DNA of 64,000 nt, from the NCBI RefSeq assembly GCF_009914755.1, contig NC_060931.1. One strand, written 5' to 3'. Every line of letters starts with the position of its first letter. Position 1 is the first letter of the stretch. The position numbers and the translations under genes are program-made. This DNA is from the human T2T-CHM13v2.0 reference genome, Homo sapiens. Below, in pieces: positions 1 to 46,706 of this stretch. Below the pieces are notes generated by a model. The model was given only the letters and a program-made list of their open reading frames with translations. It ran no database searches and was not told the origin of the DNA.

Positions 1-684
1 GGCACAAGCAGGAAAATGCAAGGAGGAGAGATAACATGAGCCTCCAAGGGGTAGCCATGCTGGCTCTGAAAACCGTGAGTGTGTGTGCACAAGTGGCTCT
101 GTGTACACTGCAGTTCCCAGCTCACCCCACACTCATTGAGGATGATCCTGTTTACTATTTTGCCCTGCAGACCTTTCCCCATGGCCACAGTCCCTACTCA
201 CCCATTTCTTGACATCAAAGGGTTGAGGGGTTGAGTTCTTGGAGTAAGAAAATGGAAGGAAGTGGAGGAGTTGGAACTGGAGGTGGGGTGTGGGCTGCAA
301 AGGATTCAAAGCTAAGCAGAAGGGATTGGTGAGGGAATAAGCTCTTGTTTAACTTTCACGTGACACCTCCTCCAGGCAGCCTTTCTGGATTTCACCCATT
401 TCATTATCAGAAGGAAAACAGCTCTCTTACTCTGAATATCTTTAGCCTTCTGCACTTCCCAGCCTGTAACCTCGTATTGTGGACCAGTGTGGACATGCTT
501 TTTCTTTCCAGAAGGGTCGAGGAGGCAGTGGGAGCTATAGGAGGGGAGTCAGCGGGGAGGGGTGGGGGAGGGTGGATTGTCCCAGTTCTGCCAGGCGTAA
601 ACCAGGCGACTGTGGCCAAGAGGCTGGCCCTCCCTGTCCATTTCATCACTTTGATCGCTCGGGTCCTCCAGCCTGACCGATCTA

Positions 685-15591
<14,907 letters not shown>

Positions 15592-15599
15592 GCTTGTGT

Positions 15600-15900
15600 C
15601 CCCTCCTGAAGCCTGCAGGCTGTCCCCCAGCGATAAACCGATAAACCGTTTGTGGGAGCCCTAGGAGGGCCCCTTATCAGTCCTGGCAGGCAGCCTGAAC
15701 CAAGGCTGCTCCTCACCACCCCCAAGGGTGGGGGCACAGTCCTGGCCTCAGTCCAGCCTTCCAGACGTGGCCCCCGGGTCCAGGCCAGAGCACAAGGGGC
15801 TGTGCTCTCCCCTGCCAATCTCTCCACAGCCCCACGCCTGCCTCCTCCCTGCAAAACAATCAATTTTTTGACCTTGGGGCGGACTTTGGCCTCCTAGTTC
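15600..15900 (-). promoter_or_regulatory. TFR2 proximal promoter
   Basis: Tandem GATAAACC x2 (15632-15647), TGATAA on the minus strand (~15674-15679), CCAAT at 15815-15819, GC box at 15876-15882 and an HNF4-like GGACTTTG at 15881-15888. Fits erythroid plus hepatocyte expression. Confidence 0.6.
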
Positions 15901-17197
15901 CCATCAGGGGTGGGGGAAGGGGGCCGATAGTGGGGGAGGGCAGAGACATGGGTGCCCCCTCCCCTCTCCTGCTTTTACCCCTCCCTGGATCCTGGGGACC
16001 CCTTCCTAAGCCCCGCCATGCCCAGGTGGAAGATTCACCCCTAAGACATCTGCCCCTTCCTCATCTGGCCTTCAGAGTCCCCCAGTGCCCCGGTCCTGTG
16101 ACATATCAGCTGTCCTCCCTGTCCTGACACTTGCCCCAGTGGCATTCTAAGCTGGAGGCACCACAGTGGTGTGACTTGGGGGTCTGGTCTGGTGGTGTGC
16201 ATGTGTGTCTCTTTTGAAAGGTCGTTCTCAGACTCCTGCTGGCTGCTGGAGAAGGAGGGGCACAGGTGGGAGCACATGGTCAGATGAGACCAGCGAGAGC
16301 TCCCAGATAGGGGTCCTGGGGTCAGGGATATGTGGGTCAGTGGGGAGGAGTGATCAGAGTCCCCGCCAAGGTGTGGGCAGAGCTGGGTGACCCTGGACAA
16401 GTCATGGTCCTCCCTGGGCACCGGCCCGTTTGGTCACCGAAGGACTTGGATCACATGGGTTTCTACCTCTTTGGGTTCTGAGGCTGATGAAAGGCCAGTT
16501 AGCCTCACCCCAGAAACATGTCACAGGCATAAACTGCTAAACAGGCAGGGGGCGCAGGTCCCCAAACCCTTCCGAGGGCCCCAAGACAAGTAGCTCTGAA
16601 GAGGAGGGCTCAGGGTCCCACCAAGTTTCCCTTTCGGGTTTCCCCTGGGAAACATCAGCTCCTACTCAGGTCCAGAGAAGTTCCGAGCTGCTGGGATGCA
16701 CCAGCGCCCTAGTCCCCGCCCCATGTCTGTCACCACCAAGAGCCCCAGGAAGGAAGGCATAGCGCATCTCACCTGAGCGCAGGTCCTGGGGTGCTCAGGC
16801 GTGCTGCTCCCCTGAGACCTAAGGCCTACGCTGAGGCCCCGCCCACCAGGCCCCACCTCCTGTTCCGCCCATCCAGGCTTCACCTCCTGCTCCACCCACC
16901 TCCTGCCACACTCACCCCAGGCCGTGCCCCTCCACTGCACCCTGCAGCCCCTCCCACCTCCCACCACAACTGTTAGCCCCCAGCAACTCCCCCAACCCCC
17001 GGTCCTCGTCATGTGGCCCTCCCTGGGTCACAACCCCTAGGAAACCTGAGGAATCCATGGCCCCTGGGGCTGTGTCCCAGCACCCACTGTGGGATCGGCA
17101 TGGGTGTAGAAGTGAGACTCCCTCCCCTCACCTCCCTCCAGACCCCTGTGCCCACTCCCCACCCCACGGAGGCCAAACTTTTTTTTCTTAAAACATT

Positions 17198-17203
17198 TTT
17201 ACT
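17198..17203 (-). terminator. ACTL6B variant poly(A) signal AGTAAA
   Basis: The only PAS-like hexamer I found shortly after the stop codon; followed by an A-rich stretch and then GU-rich sequence. Confidence 0.55.
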
Positions 17204-17327
17204 TCTTTCAACCCAGAAACATCACCATTAATGAGGACAAGAGGGAAAGGAGGAGGGGGGCAATGTGGCATGGGGGTTAAGGGACTTCCATCTGAGCTTG
17301 GGAGCAGGTGTGTGGGGAGGAGTGCCA

Positions 17328-30434
<13,107 letters not shown>

Positions 30435-32467
30435 AGTGCCCGCTGCGCTGCTAGCGGCCCGTGGGCGGTGGCGGGATCAGCACCGAGGCGGCCGGACAGC
30501 TCCCGGGATCCCTGGCGGGGCGGGACTCTCAGCGGCCAATTGGGAGGCCGGATCCCCCGCTCCAACGGCGCCGCCGATTGGCTGCCAGGCGAGACAATGA
30601 CCGACCGGGGGCAGCTGCTTTAAAGGGGAAGATACACTCTATTAAGCGGCCAGGAGGAGATGGGGCAGGGGGCACCTAGCAGGGACTTAGAGACCGTCGC
30701 TAAGGAACTGGCGGCAGAGAGGAGAGCAGGGAAGAGGCGGAGACCAGGACTCTGCAGGACGACTGATGAGGTCCCTATCCCCTTGCTTTTTATTTTTATT
30801 TTTATTTTTATGGTAGAGACGGAGGTCTTGTGATGTTGCCCAGGCTGGTCTCGAACTCCTGAGCTCAAGCGATCCTCCTCAGCCTCCCAAGTAGCTGGGA
30901 TTACAGGCAGGTGCCAGCACGCCTGGATTAAAAAAAAATTTTTTATAGAGACGGGGTCTTGCTCTTTTGCCCAGGTTGATCTCGAAGTCCTGGCCTCAAG
31001 CGATCCTCCCACCTCAGCCTCTCGAAATGCCAGAATTACAGGCGTGAGCCACTGCGCCCGACCTCTACCCCCTTACTTTTTAAAGCAGGATTGGGGAGAG
31101 AGGTCCAGTTCCCAGAAGGGTTATCTATCTTCAGGCTGCTCTGAGCCCGGTTCTGCCACACCCAGGCCTAAATGGAATCACCAAGGTCTAAATGGAATCA
31201 CCGGGAGAGGGAGGGAAGGGAAGATTGAGAGAGGGACCAAAGGGGGTGTGTCTCCATCTCTCTCTGTTTTTACCTTTTTTTTTTTTTTAAGAGACTGGGT
31301 CTTGCTACCTTGCCCAGGCTGGTCTTGAACTCCTGGCCTCAAAGTCCCAAAGTGCTGGGATTAAAAGCATGAGCCACCGTGTCCAACTTCCCTCCTTTGT
31401 CTTTCGTTGGCCCCTTTTTTCCTTGCCTTGCTTTACCCCCCACCCCCCGCAGTACCTAGGCCTTATACATGTGTACACATGCTTACACATGTGTACATAC
31501 GTTCACACACAGGCATTCAGCCCATCTGGCTTTAGCTTCCTTTCTCCATCTGTCTCTCTTCAGCGCCTGTTCTCCTGAGGAGGCATTTATCAACAAGAGG
31601 GTTTTTGTTTCTTTTCTTTTTGAGTTAGGGTCTTCCGTCACCCAGGCTGGAGTGCAGTGGCACACTTATAGCTCACTGTAACCTTGAACTCCTGGGTTCA
31701 AGTGATCCTCTCGCCTCAGCCTCCTGAGTAGCTGGGACTTACAGGTGCACACCACCACACCTGGCTTTTTTTTTTTTTTTTTTTTTTTAAGAAAAAACTA
31801 TGTTGCCCAGTCTGGTCTCGAACTCCTGGCCTCAAGTGATCCTCCCACTTTGGCTTCCTCAGTCACTGGGATTACAGGTGTCAGCCACAGCGCCTGGCTA
31901 ACAACAGGGTTTTCTACTGCTTGGATCCCAGGTTCTTCTGGGCTCCCAGTACCACAGTTTTGGTAGCAAAGGCAAAGGAGCAGCTCTGACAACTTGGGGT
32001 AGGTGAGGGACTCTTATGTGAGGGTGTGTGTGTGTCTGTATGTATGTGTCTATGTGTGTTGGCATATGGGTGCATGTGTGTACATATGCACATCTGAATG
32101 CTTGTGTGTGTTGACTATGCCCATCTACTTGTTTGGGGGCGACGGAGCTTTGAGACCAGAGATAGCACAGGAAGTGGATACTATGTGAGGTCCGCGTGCC
32201 CCTGAAGGTTCTCTGCTCACCACATGCCCACCCTGGAAGAGACTCCACCCCTCCCCGGCCAAAGGACAGATGGCTTTAGCTGGCTCATGGATTACCTACT
32301 GACGACGGTGGCATTTCAATGCCTAGGGTTGGTTCCAAGTTCAGACTTGGCTTCTAAGACTGAAAGGGTCCAGGTTTCAGCAGGAGTGGTGAGCTGTAGG
32401 GGAGAGGGCCGACTCAGGAGCTGGGAGAGTGAGATTTTTCCAAAGTGACCCTAGGTCAGTCCATTGA

Positions 32468-32848
<381 letters not shown>

Positions 32849-32972
32849 TGAGGTGAGGATGAAAGGAATGTTGGGGTGGAAAGTGATTATATTCATCTTA
32901 TCCCTCTCCTTTTGTTGGCATTTAATGATGTTGCCTCGCTTACTCTGAAGTTCACCTTGCCAATTCCTACTA

Positions 32973-33233
<261 letters not shown>

Positions 33234-33236
33234 TTA

Positions 33237-33482
<246 letters not shown>

Positions 33483-34844
33483 CTAAAAAGAATAAAAAAA
33501 CAAAAGGAAACTTGTCCAGTCTGGCCAGGCATGCTGGTGTGTGCCTGTAGGAGTTCTACAGGTTTTTTTTGTTTTTTGTTTTTTTTTTTTTTTTCCAGCT
33601 AGAACCTGAGCTCTGTCCTGGATCACACAGTCCGCTGGGATCAGAGCCAGGATTAGAACCCACAGCTCTTATCACCCAGTTGAGATATGCCTTTGTTTCC
33701 TAACACCTCTGTGTTTCTCACCAAGTTGTGCTGTCTCTATCTACAGGACAGCTGGCGATGAGGCCCCCATCTGATTCTGGAGTCAGTGTCTGGCTGAAAG
33801 CTGGGCATACAGGACTATTCAGTAAGTGTCCCTGTGGATGTTTTAAGGCCTTAATATTATTATGCATTAAGTTGGAAACCTGCAGTCTATTTGGTAATAA
33901 GCAGTGAATTTTCTTCTCATGGCTGGGGGGAAAGCTACAGTTGGCTAACTACAGGGCAGAACTTGATTTAACCCCAGTCAACTGTGACCAATTTTCTTTT
34001 GTCATGGGATCTGACATAAGATTCTGTGTATTATGGAAGTGGTTAGGGTAAAGCAATTAATACATTTCACTTATCCATTCATTGATTCAACAAATATCCC
34101 TTTTTTCCTTTTTAAGAGACAAGTGCTGGACATGGTGGCTCATGCCTATAAACCCAGCACTTTGGGAGACCAAGGCAGGAAGATGGCTTGAACCTTGGAG
34201 TTAGAAACCAGCTTGAGCAACATATCAAGAACCCATCTCTACAAAAAGTTTTCTAAAAAATTAGCCAGGCATGGTGGTGTGATCCTGTAGTCCCAGTTAC
34301 TTGGGAGGATGAAGTGAGAGGATCACTTGAGCCCGAGAGGTTGAGGCTGTAGTGAGCCATGATCATACTACTGCACTCCAGCCTGGGCAGCAGAGCAAGA
34401 CCATGTCTCAAAAAATAAAATAAAGAGACAGGGTCTTGCTTTATTGCTCAGGCTGGAGCGCAGTGGTATGGTCACGGATCAGTGCAGCCTCGAACTCCCG
34501 GGCTCGAGATCCTCCTGTCTTGGCCTCCCAAAATGCTGGGATTACAAGCATGAGCCCTGTGCCTGGCCAAGAAACATCTTTGATGCCTACTGTGTGGCAG
34601 GCACCATGCTAGACATAGGAGGGATACTGAGATGGGTGACATACGGGATATCCTTGCTCTCAAGGAGCTTTGGTGCAGTGGGGAGCTCAGATACGCACAG
34701 AAGAGAGGTGAAAAGGAGGCCAGGGCCGGGCGCAGTGGCTCACGTCTGTAATCCCAGCACTTTGGGAGGCCGAGGCGAGTGGATCATTTGAGGTAAGGAG
34801 TTGAAGGCCAGCCTGACCAATATGGTGAAACCCCGTCTCTATTA

Positions 34845-35129
<285 letters not shown>

Positions 35130-36063
35130 TCAGGCCTGTAATCGCAGCACTGTGGGAGGCTGAGGCGGGTGGATCACCTGAGGTCAGGCGTTTGGGACCA
35201 GCCTGGCCAATATGGCGAAACCCCATCTCTACTAAAAATACAAAAAGTTAGCTGGGCGTGGTGGTGGGCGCCTGTAGTCCCAGCTACCTGGGAGGCTGAG
35301 GCAGGAGAATCACTTCAACCTGGGAGGCAGAGGTTGCAGTGAGCTGAGATTGTGCCATTGCATTCCAGCCTGGGCAACAAGAGTGAAACTTCGTCTCAAA
35401 AACAAACAAACAAACAAAAACCGTGAAGGATGAATAGAAGCTCATAGGTGAAGAAAGCGGGAAAGATATCCCACAAAGAGAACAGCATGGACAGAGGTCT
35501 AAGGACATGAAAACTTCTGGAATATGTGGAAATAGGAGTTCAGTCTAGAAGGAGGGTTGGATGTGAGCCGCTGACAGAGGTCAGTGTCAGGAGGAGATGA
35601 GATGAAGTAATTAATGACCAGCTGGATGAGGTCGAGGCTGCAGTGAGCTATGATCACACCATTGCAGCCTGGGTGACAGAGTGAGACACTGTCTCTTAAA
35701 AATAAAATAAAATAAAATAAAATAAAAATAAAACCAATGGGTTCATGCCTACAACCGTTTTTATTTGTTTATTTTTGTTTCTTTCTTTCCTTTTTTTTTT
35801 GAGATGGAGTCTTGCTCTGTCACCCAGGCTGGAGTGCAGTAGCGCCATCTTGGCTCACTGCAGCCTTTACTTCCCGGGTTCAAGCAATTGTCTGCCTCAG
35901 CCTCCCGAGTAGCTGGGATTACAGGCGCCCGCCACCACGCCTGGTTAGTTTTTGTATTTTTAGTGGAGATGGGGTTTTACCATCTTGACCAGGCTGGTCT
36001 TCAACTCATGACCTCATGATCCAACTGCCTCAGCCTCCCAAAGTGCTGGGATTACAGGTGTGA

Positions 36064-36613
<550 letters not shown>

Positions 36614-36661
36614 TGAGACAGAGTCTTGCTCTGAAGCCCAGACTGGAGTGCAATGGCATGA

Positions 36662-37051
<390 letters not shown>

Positions 37052-37802
37052 TAAACCAAGTGCCTTGGCTTCACAGGGAGCCCCGGTCCCAGGATGGATG
37101 GCAAGTGCCCAGAAATACACAGTCCAGTAAAGGCTTCAACAGGAATGGAGCCAGCATTGCAGTGGGGCACAAACAACATTTAAAACAATATTTAAACTAA
37201 GTCCCAGGAAATGGCCTGGGTTTTTCTGGCAGACAAGGAAGTGGAGCTGGAGGAGGGGTGAAAGGCATTTCTGAGTTGAGGGGACAAGACCTGGCCTTTG
37301 TGTCATGCAAAGAAGTTGACTCTTCTCCTGGAAACCCCTGGGAACTACTGCAAGATTTTGAACAGGAGGGTTATTGACCCAATTGGCATTTTAGAAAGAT
37401 ACCTCTGGCAGCCATTTGGTAGATTGATTAGAAAGGGACTAAGTTAGAGGCCAGGAAATGGGCAGGAATCAAGGTAATAGCAATTGGCACACCGTAGAAG
37501 GGATGGATTTAAGCAGTATTCAAGAGATAGCATTGGGCTGGGCACAGTGGCTCATGCCTGTAATCCCAACACTTTGGGAGGCTGAGGCAGGAGGATCACT
37601 TGAGGCCAGTGTTGGAGACCACTCTAGGCAACATATCGAGACCCCATCTCTATAGAAAAAAAAATTTTTTTTTAATTAGCCTGTCGTGGTGGTGCGTGCT
37701 TGTAGTTCTAGCTACTCAGGAGGCTGAGGCAAGAGGATCACTTGAGCCCAGGAGGTTGAGGCTGTCAAAAAAAAAAAAAAAAAGAGAGAGCGATAACATT
37801 GA

Positions 37803-38048
<246 letters not shown>

Positions 38049-38418
38049 TAATTTATTTATTTTTATCTTTAGCAAACATGAAGTCTCACTATGTTGCCCA
38101 GGCTGGTTTCGAATTCCTGAGCTCAAGCAATCTTTCTCCTTCGGCCCCCAAAGTGCTGAGATTACAGGTGTGAGTCACCATGCTCAGCCTATTTTATTAT
38201 TTTTTATTTTTTATAGAGACAGGGTCTCACTACGTTGCCCAGGCTGGTCTCGAACCCCTGGGCTCAAGTAATCCCCCTGCCTCGGCCTCCTAAATTGCCT
38301 TCTTTGTTTATTAATAATGTTTTAGCTGTGTACATGGATAGAGACTACATGTCCCAGCTTTCCTTGCATCTGACTAACTTTTTATTTTAATTAATTAATT
38401 GATTGATTGATTAATTAA

Positions 38419-38697
<279 letters not shown>

Positions 38698-39602
38698 TGA
38701 GCCACCGTGCCCGGACTTTAATTCATTTTTTATTAGAAATTTAAATAATAGAGATGGGGGTCTTGCTATGTTAACCAGGCTGGTCTTGAACTCCTGACCT
38801 CAAGCAAACCTTCTTCTGGCCTCCCAAAGTACTGGGATTACAGGCATGAGCCACTGTGTCCAGCTGCATCTGGACAACTTCTGAGCAGGTTAGTGGTGTC
38901 CTTAATCAGGAAAGGACCTGTGCTTCCTGCTTTAACCCCCTTCCCACATTCAGATATGATGGTGATTTCTGCCTAGGCCCCATGGAACAGAGAGATAGAA
39001 GCCACATGTTTAAGATGGCAGAGACCAGCTGGGTGCCGTGGCTCATGCCTGTAATCCCAGCACTTTGGGAGCCCGAGGTGGGCAGACTTGAGGTCAGGAG
39101 TTCGAGACCAGTCTGGCCAACATGGTGAAATGCCGTCTCTGCTAAAAATACAAAACTTAGCCGGGTGTGGTGGCACACACCTGTAATCCCAGCTACTCAG
39201 GGGCTGAGACAGGAGAATCACTTGAACCCAGGAGGCGGAGGTTGCAGTGAGGTGAGATCGCACCACTGCACTCCAGCCTGGATGACAGAGCGAGACTCCC
39301 TCTCAAAAAAAACAAAAACAAAAAGAAAACAAAAGGAAAAAAAAGATGGCAGAGATGTCCCCACAGTCCTGGAGTATCTATTTTGAGGTTAAGTCACTGA
39401 ATTTTGGGGAATTCTTTGTTATAGCCGCTTCGCCTATACCCTAACTGACCATCCTTTGGATATGGGGAGGGAAGGCATGGGAAATATCTGAGTGGGTGCT
39501 GGTGCTGTCAACTGGGCCAGGATATTCAGGGAAGGGGTAAGGTTGGGCAGGGTTGGGCTCAGGGGAAGATGATTAACTTAGTTTTGAATATGTTGAATGT
39601 GA

Positions 39603-40370
<768 letters not shown>

Positions 40371-40785
40371 TCCACGGGCATCTAAGTGGGGATATTCAGT
40401 CAGCCATTGGATGTACACCAAGTCGGCACACGGGGAAGAGACATCTGGGCTGGAGACAGTAATGGATGAAGTCACCAATGAATAACATGGAGAGTGAGCA
40501 GAGGAGGCCAAAGTCAGTATTCTGGGAAAAACAATGTTTGCAGAGTGCCCTGAGGAGGAGGAGATGCTAAGAAGCCAGAAGAGGTAGAGGAAGGAGGCCC
40601 TGTGACCCATCAGAGCCACATCCGCCACTTGCTCTCGAGGGTCCTGCCTGCTCAGATAAGTTGGCTACTCATTGGTCATCACCTGGCAACTCTGTCCTTC
40701 CTTGCATCTGGCCAACTTCTTTTTCCTCTCTCTTTCCTCCTGCCCTCCTCATTACCATCTAAATTAGCTCCAGTAGCTCTCATCA

Positions 40786-41145
<360 letters not shown>

Positions 41146-42099
41146 CTACAATTTTTTTTGTAGAGATGAGATCTTGCTGTGTTGTGCAAGCTGGCCTCAA
41201 GCGATCCTCTTGCCTCAGCCTCCCAAAATGCTAGGATGACAGGCACGAGCCACCACGCCCAGCCTAAAAAATATACATATCTTTTTTTTTTTTTTTAGAT
41301 GGAGTTTCGCTCTTGTCGCCCAGGCTGGAGTGCAGTGGTGCAATCTCGACTCCCTGTAATCTGAGTTCCAGCAATTCTCCCGCCTCCCTCCTGAGTAGCT
41401 GGGATTACAGGCACACGCCACCATGCCTGGCTAATTTTTTGTATTTTTAGTAGAGATGAGGTTTCACCATGTTGCCCAGGCTGGTCTCGAACTCCTGACC
41501 TCAAGCGATCCTCCTGCCTCAGCCTCCCAAAAACGTTGGGATGACAGGCATGAGCCACCGCGCCCGGCCTAAAAAACCCCGACTATCTTGATTCCACTTC
41601 CTCTTCTCACTGCTGCACCAGCTTTGTACATGGTCCCCGGCCAAGCTGAGATACCCAAAGTCTGGTCCACGTTGTTTTTCTCCACTGCATCATTTCTCAC
41701 TCACCCATTGCAAATGCCGTAGGCAGAGCTACAGTGGCTTCTACCCAATCCACTGCACACTTCTCAGGGCAGGCTTGCTTCATGTCTCTGCAGCCTTCAG
41801 CACAGTTTCCCATTCCTTTTTTGGAACACTCTTTTCTTTTGGGTTCCAGAAGTCCGCATCCTCCTGATTTTCTTCTTAGTTCGCCGGCTTCTCCTTTGGC
41901 AACTTGTTCTCCACCTGACCTCTAAATGTCGGAGTTCCTCAGAGCTTGGTCTTAGGCCATCTTGTCTTTTCCCTGCACCTCTTTATGACGTCATCTGCTA
42001 GAATGTGCCACTCACTCTTGGGGCTCTATTCCAACCCAGATTTCTCTGCTGAATTCCAGGACTGTGTCTACAGCCACCTATTAAACATTTCTCCTGGAT

Positions 42100-43015
<916 letters not shown>

Positions 43016-43655
43016 AAGAGGCCGGGCACAGTGGCTCACGCCTGTAATCCCAGCACTTTGGGAGGCTGAGGCAGGTGGATCACGAGGTAAGGAGATCGAG
43101 ACCATCCTTGCTAACACGGTGAAACCCCGTCTCTACTAAAAATACAAAAAATTAGCCGGGCCTGGTGGCACGTATCTGTAGTCGCAGCTACTCAGGAGGC
43201 TGAGGCAGGAAAATCACTTGAACCCAGGAGGCAGAGGTTGCAGTGGGCCGAGATTGCGCCACTGCACTACAGCCTGGGCGACAGAGCGAGATCCGGCTGA
43301 GTGCGGTGGCTCACACCGGTAATCCCAGCACTTTGGGAGGCTGAGGCTGGCGGATCGCTTGAGGCCAGGAGTTCGAGACCAGCCTGGGCAACATGACAAA
43401 ACCCTGTCTCTACAAAAAAAAATACAAAAAATTAGCCAGGCATGGTGGTGTGCACCAGTAGTTCCATCTACTGGGGAGGCTGAGGTGAGAGGATCATCTC
43501 AGCCCAGGAGGTCGAGGCTGCAGCAAGCTGTGATTGCGCCACTGCACTCCAGTCTTGGTGACAGAGTGAGACCCTGTCTCAAAAAAAACAAAACCAAAAA
43601 CACCAAAAAAAATTTTCTCCATAGGCACTTCAAACCTAAAACTTCCCAATCTTAA

Positions 43656-43955
<300 letters not shown>

Positions 43956-43958
43956 TAG

Positions 43959-44060
<102 letters not shown>

Positions 44061-44873
44061 TGACCCTAATCCATATTTCAATGCCCATCTGCCTCCTCTA
44101 TAGATTGCAAGCTCCATGAGGAGGGTGCACCTGTCATTCAAGGTTGCATCCTCATTGCCTAGGGCAGTGCCTGATACATCATCCGGTTCAGTAAATATCA
44201 ACGGAATGAGTTAAAACAGGAAAGCTTATTAGCACAGAAACCAAAGCAGCACACATGCCCTCTTGAGATTGACAAAATTGTGCTGTAGTCCTGCGCTGCT
44301 TGTTGTTAAGTGACTTTAGGGAAGTCATCGTGGCCATCTACAGATTGAGGAAATCAACGTAATTATCTCTGAGGTCCCTCCCAAATTCTCATGTGTAGTT
44401 GACATCTGTTATCTATTGCTTATATGTCACTGAATTGGCAGGTATGCATAAATAGAATTTGCATCTAACTACGAATACGATTGTTTATATTTTCTTTAAA
44501 AAAATATTGGGCTTTTGTTTCTCATATTGAGAGCTCTGTTATGCCATTTTCGAATTTCTCCCAGATGTCCCCCCCGGCCCACCTTCAAACTCTGCTTCCT
44601 TAGACAGATTTGGCAATAGCTTTGTAAGTGATATGGACATAATTGCCTAAAATAATGAAAACCTACAGGATTCTTTTTTCATTTTCCCTTTGGCATGTTT
44701 ACAATTCCCTGCCCCACCAGGCAGATCATTCTGTGTGTGTGAGTGTGTGTACCCATTACAAAGACAACTACTATGTTCATAACATATTCGATTTGGAAAA
44801 AACAATTGTAGGCTGGGCACGGTGGCTGACATCTGTAATCCCAGCACTTTGGGAGGCCGAGGCGGGCAGATCA

Positions 44874-45201
<328 letters not shown>

Positions 45202-45204
45202 TCA

Positions 45205-46050
45205 TCTTTTTAGATTCTGACTCATGTGCACATGAATGTACCCATGTACATGGGTATATCTTGTGATGCTGAAGTTTGGGGTACAATTGATCCCGTCACC
45301 TGGGGTACAGTACCCAATAGGTAGTTTTTCAACCCTTCCCCCCTCTAGTAATCCCCCGTGTCTATTGTTCCCATCTTTATGTTCATGAGTACCCAGTGTT
45401 TAGCTCCTACTTATAAGTGAGAACATGCAGTGTTTGGTTTTCTGTTCCTGCAGAAATTTATCCACTTAGGATAAAAGCCTCTAGCTGCATCCATGTTACT
45501 GCAAAGGACACGATTTCTTCTTCTTTTCTTTTCTTTTGTTTCTTCTTTCTTTCTTTCCCTTCCTTCCTTCTCTCTTTTCTTTCTCTTTCTCTCTCTCTCT
45601 CTTTTCTGCATCCATGTTGCTGCAAAGGACATGATTTCTTCTTTTTTCTCTCTTCCTTTCTCTTTCCTTTCTTTTTTTCTTTCCTTCCCTTCCTTCCCTC
45701 CTTTTCTTTCTTTTACTTTTTCTTCTTTTGTCTTTCTTTCTTCTTCTTGAGTCAAAGTCTTGCTCTGTTGCCCAGGCCGGAGTGCAGTGAGTGGTGTGAT
45801 TTTGGCTCACTGCAACCTCCGCCTCCCGGGTTCAAGCAATTCTCCTGCCTCAGCCTCCTGAGTAGCTGGGATTACAGGTGTGTGCCACCACGCCCAGCTA
45901 ATGTTTGTATTTTTAGCAGAGACGGGGTTTCACCATATTGGCCAGGCTTGTCTCAAACTCCTGACCTCAAGTGATCCACCCGCCTCGGCCTCTCACAGTG
46001 CTAGGATTACAGGCGTGAGCCCCATCTCGTTCTTTCTTATGGCTGCGTGT
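45205..46050 (-). mobile_element. L1PB/L1MA-type 3' end, interrupted by an Alu at ~45730-46020
   Basis: ttagctcctacttataagtgagaacatgcag...catccatgttgctgcaaaggacatgattt is typical antisense L1 3'UTR. Confidence 0.8.
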
Positions 46051-46435
46051 TTTGATACTTTCAAATTACAAGGACTCAGTGAAGGCTATTCGTTGCCTTG
46101 AACTTCCCAAAGCATTTCCACAATCGATGGGGTTCTCAGTAAGAATCCGGGACTTGGAGGGCAGATGCTGTCAACATCCCCATTTAACAGATGTGGAAAC
46201 TGAGGCCTAGACCTACGTTCTTGTCCCTTTACAGGCAAGGTCCCTGGAGGAAGGGGTTCATCTAGAGGCTCATACAGATAAACTGGAATGTACAGTAAAG
46301 TTTTGGCTGCCTGGGTTCATATCTAAACTCTGCAGCCTCAGGTCTCTTTCCACTATTAGAAAATGGGGAGAAGGCTGGGCGCGGTGGCTCACGCCTGTAA
46401 TCCCAGCACTTTGGGAGGCCGAGACGGGCACATCA

Positions 46436-46706
<271 letters not shown>

